Below are positions 62,701 through 64,000 of a stretch of DNA of 64,000 bases, piece by piece. The number at the start of each line of letters is the position of its first letter. The first letter of the stretch is position 1. The notes beneath the pieces are model-generated. The model searched no databases, had not been told where the DNA came from, and saw nothing but the letters and a program-made list of their open reading frames with translations. Source of the stretch: Paraspadella gotoi (lineage: Eukaryota > Animalia > Chaetognatha); contig CM119264.1 in the NCBI GenBank assembly GCA_051294375.1, positions 25,661,662-25,725,661 of the forward strand, written 5' to 3'. The position numbers and the translations under genes were made by a program.

Positions 62701-64000
62701 GGAGGAGATATGATGAGAGAGGATGGACGGATGAGAGAAAAACCCTACCAAAGAATTCAGGGCAAAATTATAGTCAGGGTGAGCAACGAAATCAGGCGAT
62801 CGAAGAACATGTTAAGTTAATACGCCCAGAAGGTGACAGGCGAATGTAGCGACAGGCGAAGATCGATCAGCGCAGTGAGGAGCAGGCATGACGTCCGCGT
62901 TAAGACGAGAATGTTGAAAATTCAGGAAGCGAGAGGTGATGCGAATGTGATCAGAGAGAGAGAAGGAGACGAGGGGCGGAACATGAAATATCAAAATTAA
63001 AGGAATTCATGAGCGAATTAAGTAGTCGGGCCTCACCGTGAACTTTGGGATCTGAGCTTCTGAGATTTGTAGAAGAATAAATATCGAGTTGTTTTCAGTT
63101 TAAGTTATAAAGATGCATGTGAATATTCGAAATCAAATTCAACAAACGAGGGTGGGGGTGGTGGTAAGGGGTAAGTAAGACAAAACAGATGATAGAGTAA
63201 AGACATATATAAGGGGAAAACGCTATAACAATAGTAAAGGTAAGTTTTGATTTAGGTCAGGAACACTTGACCGTGGTCAAAATGTCGAGTCATGTGTGCG
63301 AGGTGTGTTGTCGTTGTTGTTGTTGTCTTCGGCCGCAAGAGTTGACAAAAGAGTAATATGCGTAGAAAAGAGAAGAAAAATATAAGAAAAAGAAAGAAGT
63401 TAGGAAAGATTGACGCGGATGGACGACAATTTGTAGATGGATAGTCGATAGACGGTACAATGACGTGCCTAGTGCGTGTAAGTCTTGGCGGCGACGGCGG
63501 GCGGTCTGGCGGTTGCAGCCGGCTGCGGTCGAGCTCGCGTTCTGGCGGGCTGCTTCGTCGCCGCTTATAAATGAGGATATAATCCTCTTCTTTGTCTTCT
63601 CTTTCGGGCGATAATTAATATACGACGAATGAGTCCATTACGATTGCCGGTCTGCGGGGGCCCTAGGACAGACGACGGACTGGACACAACGGACGACGTA
63701 TTATCCTTTGCTCTGTTGTCTTAAAGAGGGCGGCTGAACACTATAAAAAGAAAGAGGAAACTCTTAAAACGATAAAAGGCCAATCAGATGGCCGGGGAGA
63801 GATCAGCGGCAGGAGTGGGTGAGAGACTGTGGGGATGCCAATGGTATGTGATAGCGAGTTTATGTGTGGGGCAGGTGATTGTGCGACGGTTGGGTCGGTT
63901 GGTCATCGAGAAAAAGTGCACCGGAGATTTGCACGTTTGCGTCTTGTGATGAGAGAATCACTAAGAATGTTTTTCAGAATTTTTAACAAGTCGACACGGA

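Overview
AT-rich eukaryotic DNA, probably from an invertebrate (arthropod-like) draft scaffold, with no prokaryotic organisation and no recognisable rRNA, intact tRNA or CRISPR array. The window is mostly intronic/intergenic sequence dense in (GA)n/(CT)n, (GTC)n and purine tracts. Nearly all ORFs in the track come from microsatellites or N runs. The assembly is heavily patched: 13 N gaps (five of exactly 25 N) and several indel-rich direct or inverted re-copies of neighbouring sequence, which look like unpolished long-read gap fills, including an apparently identical 3.3 kb block present twice. The biological signals are all tentative: (1) a frameshift-ridden cadherin-repeat/TM coding segment on the minus strand of the duplicated block; (2) a clean 130-nt minus-strand exon, with a candidate 12-nt microexon upstream and a candidate terminal exon downstream; (3) an interspersed repeat family with 4 copies; (4) a tRNA-SINE-like island that folds into a pseudoknot; (5) a possible Penelope 3' remnant with a degenerate hammerhead core; (6) a 21-bp minisatellite next to an acidic/poly-Ala coding-like segment with an EHDY motif. 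I found no convincing new biological system. All calls are by eye and boundaries in noisy regions are approximate.
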